Origin: Klebsiella phage vB_KpM_FBKp34
Length of the DNA: 64,000 nucleotides
Sequence record: MW394390.1
Strand: one strand, 5' to 3'
Part shown: positions 47,003 to 57,109 of the stretch, one piece after another
How the letters are laid out: every line of letters begins with the position of its first letter
Position numbering within the stretch: the first letter of the stretch is position 1
Translations under genes and position numbers: made by a program
The notes under the pieces: model-generated
Databases searched by the model: none
Seen by the model: only the letters and a program-made list of their open reading frames with translations
What the model was told of the DNA's origin: nothing

Positions 47003-47470
47003 ATGGGTAAAGCCATTAAAAGTATAGAGTTTGTTTTTGAAAACTGTGAATCCTTGGTGTTTAATTACCCAGATGTCTTTATGTTTAATATTTGGGGTGA
47101 AAAAGAATCTTACCACTCTTACTCTAATTGTATACTGCTTGAGAAAAGTATCTCAGGTTTTTATGCAGGCATTAATAAAGATGCAAAACCCACACATGAA
47201 AGTTGCTACTGGGGAAATGAAGGGCAAGAACCAAATTTATATCACTTATTACAATATAAGGATGTTACTCAGGTTCTTATTAATTTCGAAAATTCTGGCT
47301 CATGTTGTTACTTTGTTGAATGGCCCGAGGGGGATTCAACAAGCCATAGTGGGCAATCTTGGCAAAAAACAGAAGAAGGTCATATCTTCTATTTGAGTAC
47401 TATGAAAGATAGTCCTCAAGAGATTCCATCTATAGAAGACGTTGATAGTTTTGCATATATGGCACTTTAA
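47003..47470 (+). CDS. hypothetical protein
   Basis: 155-aa ORF. Confidence 0.45.
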   Translation: MGKAIKSIEFVFENCESLVFNYPDVFMFNIWGEKESYHSYSNCILLEKSISGFYAGINKDAKPTHESCYWGNEGQEPNLYHLLQYKDVTQVLINFENSGSCCYFVEWPEGDSTSHSGQSWQKTEEGHIFYLSTMKDSPQEIPSIEDVDSFAYMAL

Positions 47471-47482
47471 AAGGAAACTAAA

Positions 47483-47890
47483 ATGATTATTGAAAAAATG
47501 AAACAAGACCAACTTGCTTTTCGTAAATCCGGTGATAAAGAAAAGGCTGCTACTCTAACCTTTCTTTTAGGAAAATTGTCACAAGATAAAAATTCAACTG
47601 ACGAAGATGCTATTGCCTTAATTAAGTCTACTGTAAAATCTACTCGTGCAAGTCTTGAAGGTCATGAAGCACAACTGAAACAGTATGAAGAAGAAATTGC
47701 TTTTATGGAAAGTTATCTTCCTGCACAGTTGAGTGAAGAAGAGATTCGTGATTTCTTGGATACTGCGGTACAGAATGGTGATAAAATCACTATGAGTTTC
47801 ATGGGTAAAATTAACATGGTTGCTAAAGCTGCTGGTAAAACAGTAGACAACCAATTAGCAAAAACTATTCTTCAAGCTTATCTGATTTAA
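47483..47890 (+). CDS. GatB/YqeY domain protein
   Basis: ESYLPAQLSEEEIRDFL ... KAAGKTVDNQLAKTIL pattern. Confidence 0.7.
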   Translation: MIIEKMKQDQLAFRKSGDKEKAATLTFLLGKLSQDKNSTDEDAIALIKSTVKSTRASLEGHEAQLKQYEEEIAFMESYLPAQLSEEEIRDFLDTAVQNGDKITMSFMGKINMVAKAAGKTVDNQLAKTILQAYLI

Positions 47891-47937
47891 ATCAAGATCT
47901 GAAATCAGAATAAAAGCTAAAATAAGGATCTACTTTT

Positions 47938-47965
47938 AAGCCAGTTAACGCTGGCTTCTTATTTT
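47938..47965 (+). terminator. rho-independent terminator AAGCCAG-TTAAC-GCTGGCTT + CTTATTTT
   Basis: immediately upstream of nrdD RBS. Confidence 0.55.
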
Positions 47966-47974
47966 GGAGGAATA

Positions 47975-50900
47975 ATGCACCACCCATACAAAATTATAAA
48001 ACGTGATGGACGCACTGAACAATTTGATGAACGTAAAGTTTACAATGCAGTATATCAAGCAGCACTAGCTAACTCTTCATTATCAATCACAGCAGAACAT
48101 GTTGCTGATCAAATCACAGAACACGTTATTAAAAATCTCAAAGAGAATAAGTCAGTCTCAAATGTTCAAAAAATGATTGAAGATTTCCTTATGTCTAATC
48201 CAAAGACATATGATATAGCCAGAACCTATATTGAGTACAGACATGATAGAGATAAAATTCGTGAAGGAAATGGGAAACTTTATAATGACATCTCTGGCTT
48301 CTTAGAACAAACAGCAGAAGAATTTACTCGTGAGAACGCTAATAAACCCAGCAATGTTGTAAACACGCACAGAGACCTCTTAGCAGGGATTTTAAGTAAG
48401 CATGTAGCATTAACTCAAATACTACCTAAAAACCTCTCAGAATGGCATACAAGCGGTTTTGGGCATATTCATGACCTAGATTATCTAATCAGTCCTCTTA
48501 CAAATTGTCTAGGAAGAGAAACAGCTTTTATCACAAAAGAAGGAACAAAAACGTTTTTCGATTTTAATAGTGGAGATGATGTCCTAGCCTTAACCCATAC
48601 AGGTACTTTTAAGAAGGCAAAAGTTTACAATTATGGGTACGGACTTTTAAATGAAATTACATTAAAACGTGGACGTCTAAGAAAAACAATACGTGCAACA
48701 GCTAATCACAGGTGGTTATTAGAGGATGGCACAGTCACTACTAACCTTAAGGTAGGTGATAAACTACTGAAAACTCCTACAACATATAATAGAGATTGGG
48801 CCACATTGAGCAACTCTGAAAAAAGAGCTTGGTGTTTTGGTTTTGGATATGCAGATGGTGTGAGTAGGATTACACAATGGGGTAATTTTTTTACTATACC
48901 CCTTATTGGTAAAAAACAGGATTATCAAGAATTATTTGAAGATGCTGGATTTAGAGTTACTAAAACAAAGTTGTACTCTGTAGTACATTTAGGTAAATTA
49001 GAAAAATTTTTACCTACAACATTAACCCATACAGAAAATGAGATTTTTTGTTTTGTTGATGGGCTTATAGCAGCAGACGGACATAAAAAATATAGACCTA
49101 AGCTAAATAAAAATATTCCAGCGTCGATTCAGATGACTGGAGAAGAAATAAATGACTTTATACAAACTTGGTTTGAACCTGCTGGGTATTATTTGGGGGC
49201 AACGTTAGATCTTTCCTGTCAAGAAACAAATTATGGTAAAAGAAACGGAAAAACTATAGAATATAAATTAAACCCAGAACAGAACCATATGGCATGGACT
49301 GTCACTGAAATTATCAACACAGGCAAAGAAGAGGAGGTGTGGTGTTTGGAGGTGGAAGAAGATGCAAGTTTTATTCTTTCTAATGGAGTAGTCACAGGTA
49401 ACTGTTGTCTTGTTAACTATCAAGATATGTTAGAAAATGGTTTCCATATTGGAAATGCTTTCATTGAAAAACCTAAATCAATTGGTGTTGCTACTACAGT
49501 GTTGACACAAATTATTCAGGCGGTGGCCTCTAGTCAATATGGTGGACAAACTTGCGCACATATTGATACAGGATTAAAACAGTATGTAGAGTCAACATAC
49601 TATAGGAATGAAGGTTTATTTAATCAATATAATATCTCAGAATATAAAGTAGATGCTTTTAGGAAAACAGAACAAGATGTCTATGATGCAATGCAAACCC
49701 TTATTTATCAGGTTAATACATTAATGAGTGTAAATGGTCAGTCTCCATTCATCACTATTAGTCTTGGTTTAGATACTTCAGAATTTGGTAGAATGATCAC
49801 TCGTAACTATCTAAAAATTCATAAAGAAGGTCTGGGTAAAGATAAAGTAACACCTGTGTTCCCGAAAGTGATTTTCTTTCTTGAAGAAGGTGTAAACATG
49901 CACCCTGATGATCCTAATTATGACCTGAAACAACTAGCAATGGAGTGTTGTGCAGAAAGAATTTATCCAGATTTTATTTCAGTTCCTAGAAATAAACTAG
50001 TTACAAAATCTTCAAAAGGTCATGTTACTAGCATGGGCTGTCGTAGCTTCCTTTCTTATTTTGCTACAGAACAAGGTGAGAAATATGATGGCAGATTTAA
50101 TCTTGGGGTAGTGTCTTTAAACCTACCGATGATTGCCAAGGATTGTACCACCAACGGAAAACTTTTTCTTGAAGAACTTTATAAGCATATGCAAACAGCA
50201 TATGAAGCACATATGCTGAGGATTAATCGCCTTAAGGGAACTAAAGCAAAACAAAATCCTGTGATGTTCGTTGAAGGAGCATTAGCTAGACTCGATCCTG
50301 AAGAAACTATTGACAAACTTTTTTACAAAGGTTATGCTTCAGCAAGTTTTGGTTATGTAGGGCTTTACGAATGTGTAAAAATCCTTTATCCAGAGGTAAC
50401 TTTAGACGAGTACAAGGATTTTGGACAAAAAATTCTTAAATTTATGTCTAATATGGCAGAAGATTATAAAAAGAAAACAGGTGTAGGTTTTGGTCTTTAT
50501 GGAACCCCAGCAGAATCACTTTGCTATAAGTTTGCTAATAAAATTAATGAGAAATTCCCAGGAACTATCGAGAAAGATTACTTGACCAACTCTTTCCATG
50601 TTCCAGTAGACCAAGAAGTAGACCCTTTTACTAAATGGAATGTTGAATCAGGGTTTGACTTTATCAGTTCAGGTGGTAATATAGGTTATGTTGAGACACC
50701 AAATCTGAAACACAACATGCAAGGACTGGAAGCATTAATCAACTATGGATATGAAAATATTCATTACTTTGGGATTAATCAACCTGTTGATAAATGTCTG
50801 AAGTGTGGCTTTCATGGAGAGTTTAAAGCAACAGCAGAAGGCTTTGAATGTCCTGATTGTGGCAATACTGAGGAAGGAACGATCAACGTGATTCGGAGAG

Positions 50901-50992
50901 TCTCAGGTTACTTATCTGCACCTAACAGCAGACCTTTTAATAAGGGTAAGATGCAGGAAGTTGTTCAACGTGTAAAACATACAAATTTATGA
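47975..50992 (+). CDS. nrdD: anaerobic ribonucleoside-triphosphate reductase, intein-containing
   Basis: ATP-cone-like N-term, HIHDLD, C-terminal CLKCG...CPDCG zinc ribbon and glycyl-radical RVSGYL; 1005 aa because of 299-aa insertion. Confidence 0.9.
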   Translation: MHHPYKIIKRDGRTEQFDERKVYNAVYQAALANSSLSITAEHVADQITEHVIKNLKENKSVSNVQKMIEDFLMSNPKTYDIARTYIEYRHDRDKIREGNGKLYNDISGFLEQTAEEFTRENANKPSNVVNTHRDLLAGILSKHVALTQILPKNLSEWHTSGFGHIHDLDYLISPLTNCLGRETAFITKEGTKTFFDFNSGDDVLALTHTGTFKKAKVYNYGYGLLNEITLKRGRLRKTIRATANHRWLLEDGTVTTNLKVGDKLLKTPTTYNRDWATLSNSEKRAWCFGFGYADGVSRITQWGNFFTIPLIGKKQDYQELFEDAGFRVTKTKLYSVVHLGKLEKFLPTTLTHTENEIFCFVDGLIAADGHKKYRPKLNKNIPASIQMTGEEINDFIQTWFEPAGYYLGATLDLSCQETNYGKRNGKTIEYKLNPEQNHMAWTVTEIINTGKEEEVWCLEVEEDASFILSNGVVTGNCCLVNYQDMLENGFHIGNAFIEKPKSIGVATTVLTQIIQAVASSQYGGQTCAHIDTGLKQYVESTYYRNEGLFNQYNISEYKVDAFRKTEQDVYDAMQTLIYQVNTLMSVNGQSPFITISLGLDTSEFGRMITRNYLKIHKEGLGKDKVTPVFPKVIFFLEEGVNMHPDDPNYDLKQLAMECCAERIYPDFISVPRNKLVTKSSKGHVTSMGCRSFLSYFATEQGEKYDGRFNLGVVSLNLPMIAKDCTTNGKLFLEELYKHMQTAYEAHMLRINRLKGTKAKQNPVMFVEGALARLDPEETIDKLFYKGYASASFGYVGLYECVKILYPEVTLDEYKDFGQKILKFMSNMAEDYKKKTGVGFGLYGTPAESLCYKFANKINEKFPGTIEKDYLTNSFHVPVDQEVDPFTKWNVESGFDFISSGGNIGYVETPNLKHNMQGLEALINYGYENIHYFGINQPVDKCLKCGFHGEFKATAEGFECPDCGNTEEGTINVIRRVSGYLSAPNSRPFNKGKMQEVVQRVKHTNL
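48506..49402 (+). mobile_element. intein with LAGLIDADG homing endonuclease domain inside nrdD
   Basis: starts CLGRETAFITKEG after extein ...PLTN, ends ...VVTGN followed by +1 Cys (NCCLVNY); internal GFGYADG and VDGLIAADG motifs. Confidence 0.75.
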
Positions 50993-51001
50993 GGATAAAT
51001 T

Positions 51002-51253
51002 ATGACAACAGTAAGTAAATTGCCAGAAGTTGGTACTAAGGAGTGGGGTAACTTAGTGGAGAATGAGTTTGCTATAGTTGAAACCTCTAAAAGACCTGTA
51101 TCATCTTATGAAGAAATTATGACAGCGCTTGCTTGGTACTTTGGGGACGATGGGTATTATGCAAGTGCAGAAAGTATCTATGAGATTATTAATCAAGAAC
51201 ATGATCCTATTGAGACTATTGCAAAGGCATTGGATGACTATCGGGAGCAGTAA
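51002..51253 (+). CDS. hypothetical protein
   Basis: 83-aa ORF between nrdD and nrdG. Confidence 0.45.
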   Translation: MTTVSKLPEVGTKEWGNLVENEFAIVETSKRPVSSYEEIMTALAWYFGDDGYYASAESIYEIINQEHDPIETIAKALDDYREQ

Positions 51254-51732
51254 TGAACTATTCAGGTTACATTTTTGGTGACTTGGTTAATGGAGAGGGA
51301 GCCAGGTGCTCCCTTTTTGTTTCTGGGTGTTCACAAGGTTGTGAAGGATGCTTTAACAAAGAGACATGGAACTATAACCATGGTCAACCTTTTACTAAAG
51401 ATTTTCAAGACAAACTGTTGAAAGATTTGAAGAAAACTTTCATTAATGGGTTAAGCATCTTGGGAGGAAACCCTTTAGAAAGAAAAAATTTTGACACAGT
51501 ATTAAAGCTTTGCTATTCTGTTAAACAAGAGATGCCAGAGAAGACAATCTGGTTATGGTGTGGGCAGACAATGCAAGAGATAAAAAATAACTTGCTTTAT
51601 GCTCAAATACTGGATATAGTGGATGTCATCATAGATGGGAAGTTTGTGAAAGACCTTCCTACAAAGAAACCTTTTAGGGGATCTGATAACCAAGTTTTAT
51701 GGAGAAAAGTTAATGGTAAGTGGGAAAGCTGA
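51253..51732 (+). CDS. nrdG: anaerobic RNR activating protein (radical SAM)
   Basis: GxGxRCSLFVSGCSQGCEGC cluster. Confidence 0.85.
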   Translation: MNYSGYIFGDLVNGEGARCSLFVSGCSQGCEGCFNKETWNYNHGQPFTKDFQDKLLKDLKKTFINGLSILGGNPLERKNFDTVLKLCYSVKQEMPEKTIWLWCGQTMQEIKNNLLYAQILDIVDVIIDGKFVKDLPTKKPFRGSDNQVLWRKVNGKWES

Positions 51733-52096
51733 TTTAGAAATCCATGTACTGAACAATATTTACAATTTTAACATTGTTCTTGGTGGTTATGAAGATTTGA
51801 AGAGAGGGAATACATATTTTCTTATCCAACATGTAAATGGAAATAATGGTGCACATTCATTTTATGAACCGTTGCAAAAGATGAGTGAAGTGGAATGGTT
51901 ATCTTGCCACTATGAAATGTTAAACCATTTCCATGATACCACCAATCTTTTTGGAGTTTACAAGGTTATTAAGAAAGTCAAAAATGAGATTTTATCTTTT
52001 AACCCTTGGAATAAGAAATATTTGCTTCAGAGATATGAAAATGGTTGGTGCATACATGCAGAAGTAATAAAATCACAATCAAATTCAATAAATTAA
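51713..52096 (+). CDS. hypothetical protein
   Basis: 127-aa ORF. Confidence 0.4.
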   Translation: MVSGKADLEIHVLNNIYNFNIVLGGYEDLKRGNTYFLIQHVNGNNGAHSFYEPLQKMSEVEWLSCHYEMLNHFHDTTNLFGVYKVIKKVKNEILSFNPWNKKYLLQRYENGWCIHAEVIKSQSNSIN

Positions 52097-52105
52097 GGTG
52101 ATATA

Positions 52106-52288
52106 ATGAAAGAGGCATGGCAAGAGGTCTGTTACTACTATGGTGCCTGTGTTGCGATTAAATTGTGGTTGCCGGAATATGTTGATACACTTTTTCGTTG
52201 TAAGAGATTGGTAATAAAAGCTAAAACAAAAACCCTAATCGTACAAGATAGGGTCTTAACTTACAGAGAAGATGAAGCTTATGAATAA
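52106..52288 (+). CDS. hypothetical protein
   Basis: 60-aa ORF. Confidence 0.35.
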   Translation: MKEAWQEVCYYYGACVAIKLWLPEYVDTLFRCKRLVIKAKTKTLIVQDRVLTYREDEAYE

Positions 52289-52703
52289 TACTGATTATAG
52301 TAAGATGAGTGATCTGGAAATAAACATCAATGTGGCTGAATTACTGCATCCTGGTAAAAAATTTACCGCAGCGTATTCATTCTTCCAGCCAGAAGGTCCG
52401 GCTGTTCAGTGGATTTGTGGTTACGCTGAGTATATTAAGGCAGATTACTGCAATAACCCAGAAGATGCATGGCCTGTAATTACAAAATATAAAATAAATA
52501 TAGAATTTCACCAGTGGAAAAATGACATAACAAAACCATATTCATTAAGCAATAAGACTGGGTTATCTGCTTATAGTGATAATCCGCTTCGTGCAGCAAT
52601 GATTGTCTTTCTGAAAATGCAGGATAGTAAAAATGTTTCTGAAAGAATGTTAAACAATTTAGAAAACACTTTAAAGACAGAAAATTTTGATACTTATGAA
52701 TGA
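52272..52703 (+). CDS. hypothetical protein
   Basis: 143-aa ORF. Confidence 0.45.
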   Translation: MKLMNNTDYSKMSDLEININVAELLHPGKKFTAAYSFFQPEGPAVQWICGYAEYIKADYCNNPEDAWPVITKYKINIEFHQWKNDITKPYSLSNKTGLSAYSDNPLRAAMIVFLKMQDSKNVSERMLNNLENTLKTENFDTYE

Positions 52704-52929
52704 GGTAAATATGATCCATTATACAAATCAAAAACGTGTTATTAAACTTCCACGATTGGCTTATCACCTTCTCTTGGAAAAAGTTTGTGAGAATGTCACA
52801 ACTTGGGTTGTTACTCAAAAAGAGCCAGCATACAAAGGCGATACCCGGTCATTTGAGTTCATGGGTGTTATCTACGTTGAGGAAGATGAGAGTTCCATGA
52901 ATGGTAACTCAGGGTGGCTTAACCCATGA
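52687..52929 (+). CDS. hypothetical protein
   Basis: 80-aa ORF. Confidence 0.4.
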   Translation: MILMNEVNMIHYTNQKRVIKLPRLAYHLLLEKVCENVTTWVVTQKEPAYKGDTRSFEFMGVIYVEEDESSMNGNSGWLNP

Positions 52930-53258
52930 ATAAGGTAAGCTTTTGTTATACTTTGTTAGATAAAATACATAAGATAGTGGAATCTCATTACGAGAACGAT
53001 TGGGATTTAGATGTCTTAAAAATTTGTCTATCCATAGAGGATTGGTATGAACTGATCCGCGATGAGAACTCACTGATATATCTGAATAAATTTACTGGTT
53101 ATAATAACTTAAAGTTTTCAAACTTTAAATTGGAAATTTATTCAACTATTAAGAAGTCATATATTCTTGTAGACAGATATCGGGTATGTGAGTTTCTTAA
53201 TGTGGAAATGACCAGCGATGAATTTAATCTGTGGGGTGAACATAAGATTGAACTATAG
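52926..53258 (+). CDS. hypothetical protein
   Basis: 110-aa ORF. Confidence 0.45.
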   Translation: MNKVSFCYTLLDKIHKIVESHYENDWDLDVLKICLSIEDWYELIRDENSLIYLNKFTGYNNLKFSNFKLEIYSTIKKSYILVDRYRVCEFLNVEMTSDEFNLWGEHKIEL

Positions 53259-53266
53259 GTGACAAC

Positions 53267-53458
53267 ATGTTTATATGTCTTTGTAATAAAATTAATGACA
53301 AAATGCTACAAAAAGTTATAAAAGATTTTTCTTGTAAGTCATTGGAAGATGTGCAAAGATATATACCAGTCGCCACTTGTTGTGGTAAATGTAAACAAAC
53401 GATAGTTGAGGTGTTAAATGAAAATAATGATAGCTCTTTGTCTGATCCTGTTTTGTAG
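53267..53458 (+). CDS. Bfd-like [2Fe-2S]-binding domain protein
   Basis: MFICLCNKINDKMLQKVI ... ATCCGKCKQTIVEVL (CxC ... CxxC). Confidence 0.55.
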   Translation: MFICLCNKINDKMLQKVIKDFSCKSLEDVQRYIPVATCCGKCKQTIVEVLNENNDSSLSDPVL

Positions 53459-53624
53459 TTTGACAATGGCTGAAGATAGCGTTACAGTTAAACGAGTGTA
53501 CAACGGCTACACTGCTGTTAACAAGATTTACATCATGAAGGACGATATTAATGGAAAATTCTGTTATATTGTGTATAATGATGCAGGTAGTAACGCAATG
53601 TACTGTTTTGATAAGCAAAAATAA
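53418..53624 (+). CDS. small secreted protein (signal peptide)
   Basis: MKIMIALCLILFCSLTMA then hydrophilic domain. Confidence 0.4.
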   Translation: MKIMIALCLILFCSLTMAEDSVTVKRVYNGYTAVNKIYIMKDDINGKFCYIVYNDAGSNAMYCFDKQK

Positions 53625-53652
53625 TTTATTTTAAACTGAGGAGAGTAAAATA

Positions 53653-54630
53653 GTGACACATCATTTTGGGTTCCCCCTTCTGGATATTGCAGTTCTTGTT
53701 GGAGTTCTTGCACTATCAATCCTTGTAGATTTCTTTGGACACAAGGAAAATAAAGAGATCGGTATTAAGTCTGCATTGGCTTGGTCTGCATTTTGGATCG
53801 CATTAGCATTTGCATACTATGGTTTTATTTGGGTAGAGTATGGCAAAGAATTTGCCTCTTTGTTTCTGAGTGGGTATGTGCTAGAAAAATCATTGTCTGT
53901 GGATAACTTGATGGTGTTCATGGCAATCTTCGCTAGCTTCGGGATCAAATCGACACACTTACAGCATAAGATTCTTCTTTGGGGTATTGCTGGTGCCATT
54001 GTATTTCGAGGTATCTTTGTGGCAGCAGGTACGGCAATCTTTAATTTACACTGGTTTTTCCAAGTGCTGTTCGGTCTGATTGTAGCATGGTCTGCACTGG
54101 CTATTATCAAAGGCGGCGATGATGAGGAAGATGAAGTTGATTACTCTAAACACTGGGCGACTCGTCTGGTTGGTAAGATTCTTCCTGTTCATCCGGCTCT
54201 AGATGGCGAGAAATTTATCACCATTAAGAATGGGATCAAGTATGCAACTCCGGCTTTGTTGTGTGTCTTTGTAGTGGAGTTTACTGATGTAATTTTCTCC
54301 TTTGACTCTGTCCCGGCTGTAATTGGTGTGACGCAAGAACCTCTGCTGGTTTACTCTGCAATGTTATTTGCAATTCTTGGTCTCCGTGCACTGTTCTTTG
54401 TACTGAGTGTAGCAGTTAAATACTTGGTTCATCTGGAAAAAGCCGTTGCTGTAGTTCTAGTGTTTGTAGGTGCTAAACTGATTTACCATCCTTTTGGTGA
54501 GACACTAAATGCAAAATGGTCTTTCCTGCCACATGATATCTCAGCAAACGTAAGTCTTTGTATTGTACTTGGAACGCTGGCCTTGGGTATTATTGCAAGT
54601 CTGGTTTTTCCTGAGAAAAAAGAAGCTTGA
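53653..54630 (+). CDS. TerC family integral membrane protein (GTG start)
   Basis: multi-TM, YVLEKSLSVDNLMVF signature, second repeat VVEFTDVIFSFDSVPAV. Confidence 0.75.
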   Translation: MTHHFGFPLLDIAVLVGVLALSILVDFFGHKENKEIGIKSALAWSAFWIALAFAYYGFIWVEYGKEFASLFLSGYVLEKSLSVDNLMVFMAIFASFGIKSTHLQHKILLWGIAGAIVFRGIFVAAGTAIFNLHWFFQVLFGLIVAWSALAIIKGGDDEEDEVDYSKHWATRLVGKILPVHPALDGEKFITIKNGIKYATPALLCVFVVEFTDVIFSFDSVPAVIGVTQEPLLVYSAMLFAILGLRALFFVLSVAVKYLVHLEKAVAVVLVFVGAKLIYHPFGETLNAKWSFLPHDISANVSLCIVLGTLALGIIASLVFPEKKEA

Positions 54631-54634
54631 GAAT

Positions 54635-54657
54635 AGCCCCGAAAGGGGCTTTAGTTT
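54635..54657 (+). terminator. rho-independent terminator AGCCCC-GAAA-GGGGCT + TTAGTTT
   Basis: seen. Confidence 0.6.
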
Positions 54658-54674
54658 AAAGAGGAAACTTTAAC

Positions 54675-55037
54675 ATGAATGATATTTTTGATGAAATGGA
54701 AGAATATGCTTGGGCTTTGGGTGATAATGTAAATGCAATGGCTTTACTCCAAGAAAGATACCCACAAACAAACATTCAGATCTTAGAAGTTTCCGATCTA
54801 ATTCTTCCTAAAGGTGTTGTAGCTTGTTGTGGTACGGGCGCAGGGGAAGTAACACCTGTAAAACGTTTAGAAATGGCTTTTGGCTCCAGTTTAAATGGTG
54901 AAATGGAAAATGCTACCTTTGTCCAATTCTGGACTTCACCAAATGCTAAATTATTTGACAACACAACTTGGGAACTTTTCTTCTGGGATCAGGTGAAGGA
55001 TCGAGAGGTACAGTTTGAAGTTCCTGTTGTAGAATAA
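54675..55037 (+). CDS. hypothetical protein
   Basis: 120-aa ORF. Confidence 0.45.
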   Translation: MNDIFDEMEEYAWALGDNVNAMALLQERYPQTNIQILEVSDLILPKGVVACCGTGAGEVTPVKRLEMAFGSSLNGEMENATFVQFWTSPNAKLFDNTTWELFFWDQVKDREVQFEVPVVE

Positions 55038-55146
55038 TGTTGACTTTTGCTAAGACAAGCTTTATAGTTTGTCTTGTTGAAAGAAACAAACCAGTAAGGA
55101 GTAAAAATGTTTGCTGAAGAAGATATTCATTCAGAGATAGAATGGC

Positions 55147-55353
55147 TTGAATTTATTACAGAAAATTGGGAAGGTTAAAATGTTTGATTTGACTTATCAG
55201 TTTGACCCTGAGAGAGTATGTCTATGCCCAATTTGTGATCAACCAATGTTTACTTACGAAGCAGTAACAACTATCGTAGTCGATGATTGTCAATGTATGG
55301 CACACAATTTTTGTGCAATCAATTTCGACGAGGAAGAAGACGATGAAGATTGA
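55147..55353 (+). CDS. Cys-rich small protein with acidic tail
   Basis: CLCPICDQ ... CQCMAHNFC ... EEEDDED. Confidence 0.4.
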   Translation: MNLLQKIGKVKMFDLTYQFDPERVCLCPICDQPMFTYEAVTTIVVDDCQCMAHNFCAINFDEEEDDED

Positions 55354-55528
55354 GATCATTCACTCAGCAGGAACACCTTTTGAGGAAGGTAAACAATATG
55401 ACTTGGTCTACGATAGATATCTTCGTACCTATATGATCCAAGAGTGGGAACATGGTGAGTTATTGGAAACGTGGCTCAATGATTTGATTCATGATGCAGT
55501 TGAGTTTAAAATTATTAAGGAGAGTTAA
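55343..55528 (+). CDS. hypothetical protein
   Basis: ATGA overlap with upstream stop. Confidence 0.4.
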   Translation: MKIEIIHSAGTPFEEGKQYDLVYDRYLRTYMIQEWEHGELLETWLNDLIHDAVEFKIIKES

Positions 55529-55732
55529 ATGCCCAACATGAGCTATTGCCAATTTAGAAATACAGAAGGTGATTTTCGTCAATGTCTTGATGCAATTGGC
55601 AACGCAGAGTCAATTGAAGATTTTTCACAAAGTGAGCAAAACTCTGCGGAAAATTTATATGAAATGGCGAAAGATTATGTCAATTGGTATGAACAATTAT
55701 TAGATCAAGAGGTTGAAGATGAAGATTGTTGA
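55529..55732 (+). CDS. hypothetical acidic protein
   Basis: 67-aa ORF. Confidence 0.45.
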   Translation: MPNMSYCQFRNTEGDFRQCLDAIGNAESIEDFSQSEQNSAENLYEMAKDYVNWYEQLLDQEVEDEDC

Positions 55733-55976
55733 ACAATATGTTTTTGAAGTTGGGGATGTCTTTACAGGTAAAGGTGATGGTTGTTGGTTAGTGCCAAATC
55801 AACGAAGACTCCTTTCAGCACCAGATCACTATCTTTTTGTAAAAGAAGTTGGGATCAATGCAGTTTATCTTTGTGGTGTAGGGTATGCTTATAATTTTTC
55901 ACCAGAAGAGTTGACAGACCATATTAAAAAAGATAATCTCATTTATCTTGGTAATGTTTACAAAGGTAAAAACTAA
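55713..55976 (+). CDS. hypothetical protein
   Basis: 87-aa ORF. Confidence 0.45.
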   Translation: MKMKIVEQYVFEVGDVFTGKGDGCWLVPNQRRLLSAPDHYLFVKEVGINAVYLCGVGYAYNFSPEELTDHIKKDNLIYLGNVYKGKN

Positions 55977-56308
55977 TGAAAATTTTAATTATCTATGAAA
56001 ATATTCCAGAAACAACAGATCTTTTTGTTCTTGAAACTTCTGATTCTGAAGAGATCAAAAATCTGAGCGTCATTCATGGACACTATATTAATGCAGAAGA
56101 GAATGAAAAAATTCTTGACAATTGTACACGGTGGTACTATAAGCTATACGGTGAGACTACTTGGGCTGACAAGGAAGAGTATAGTAAATATGGTGTGCAG
56201 GATAGTGAAGTAGGAAAATATCTTAAAAATAAGATTGACTATCAAGATATCTTAGATGTAAAATCTTTAGATATTGATTATGTAGTTGTAACAGGATTTA
56301 TTTGTTAA
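55976..56308 (+). CDS. hypothetical protein
   Basis: 110-aa ORF. Confidence 0.45.
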   Translation: MKILIIYENIPETTDLFVLETSDSEEIKNLSVIHGHYINAEENEKILDNCTRWYYKLYGETTWADKEEYSKYGVQDSEVGKYLKNKIDYQDILDVKSLDIDYVVVTGFIC

Positions 56309-56328
56309 TTTAGAGGAGAAACACTAAT

Positions 56329-57042
56329 ATGAGTAATAAACTATCACTTGAGAAACGTACTGAGACTGTAAAACTGTCCCTGGAAAAAGCTGGTGTTCAA
56401 CGCAAGGATATTTGTCTCCGTGTAGCGCTTGCACTGGATAAAAGTGGATCAGCAGAAGATTTCTATCGTAATGGTCAATTTGAAGAGTTGGTTGATCGAC
56501 TCCTACCAGTCTCTGCAAATATGGATGATGACGGTACTATTGACACTTGGCTATTCCATACTCGCTCAATGGAGGTTGAACCTGCAACACCTAAAAACTA
56601 TGGCGGATACATCTCTAACGTCATCATGAAGGGTAAATATAAAAACGAGTGGGGTGGTACTAATTATGCTCCAGTGATGAAAGACATTCATCATCATTAC
56701 TTTGGAAAAGAAGAGAAGAAAGGTCTGTTTGGTTTTGGTAAAGCCAAAACTGTCCCTGTAACAGATTCAGATATTCCCGCACTTGTTTTCTTTATTACCG
56801 ATGGTTCTAATAGTGATCGGGTTGAGACTTTGCGACTACTTGACAGTATCAAAGATGAGCCTGTATATTGGATGACAGTAGGTGTTGGTCCAGATAGCTA
56901 CTTCACTTTCCTTCGTGAGATTGCTGAACGTTATGATAATGTAGGATTTGTTAATTTTAACAATCTAAATATTAGTGATGAGCAAATGTATAATGCAATC
57001 ATTGATGGTGAACTTGCAGCATGGATTAATAAGGTCTCCTAA
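56329..57042 (+). CDS. vWA domain protein (TerY-like)
   Basis: MIDAS-like LALDKSGS; FFITDGSNSD; agaggag RBS. Confidence 0.6.
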   Translation: MSNKLSLEKRTETVKLSLEKAGVQRKDICLRVALALDKSGSAEDFYRNGQFEELVDRLLPVSANMDDDGTIDTWLFHTRSMEVEPATPKNYGGYISNVIMKGKYKNEWGGTNYAPVMKDIHHHYFGKEEKKGLFGFGKAKTVPVTDSDIPALVFFITDGSNSDRVETLRLLDSIKDEPVYWMTVGVGPDSYFTFLREIAERYDNVGFVNFNNLNISDEQMYNAIIDGELAAWINKVS

Positions 57043-57109
57043 AAGAGTTGACTTTAAATTTTACTTTGAATATAATATTTAAACTGAATAACTAAGAGAG
57101 GAAATAAAT

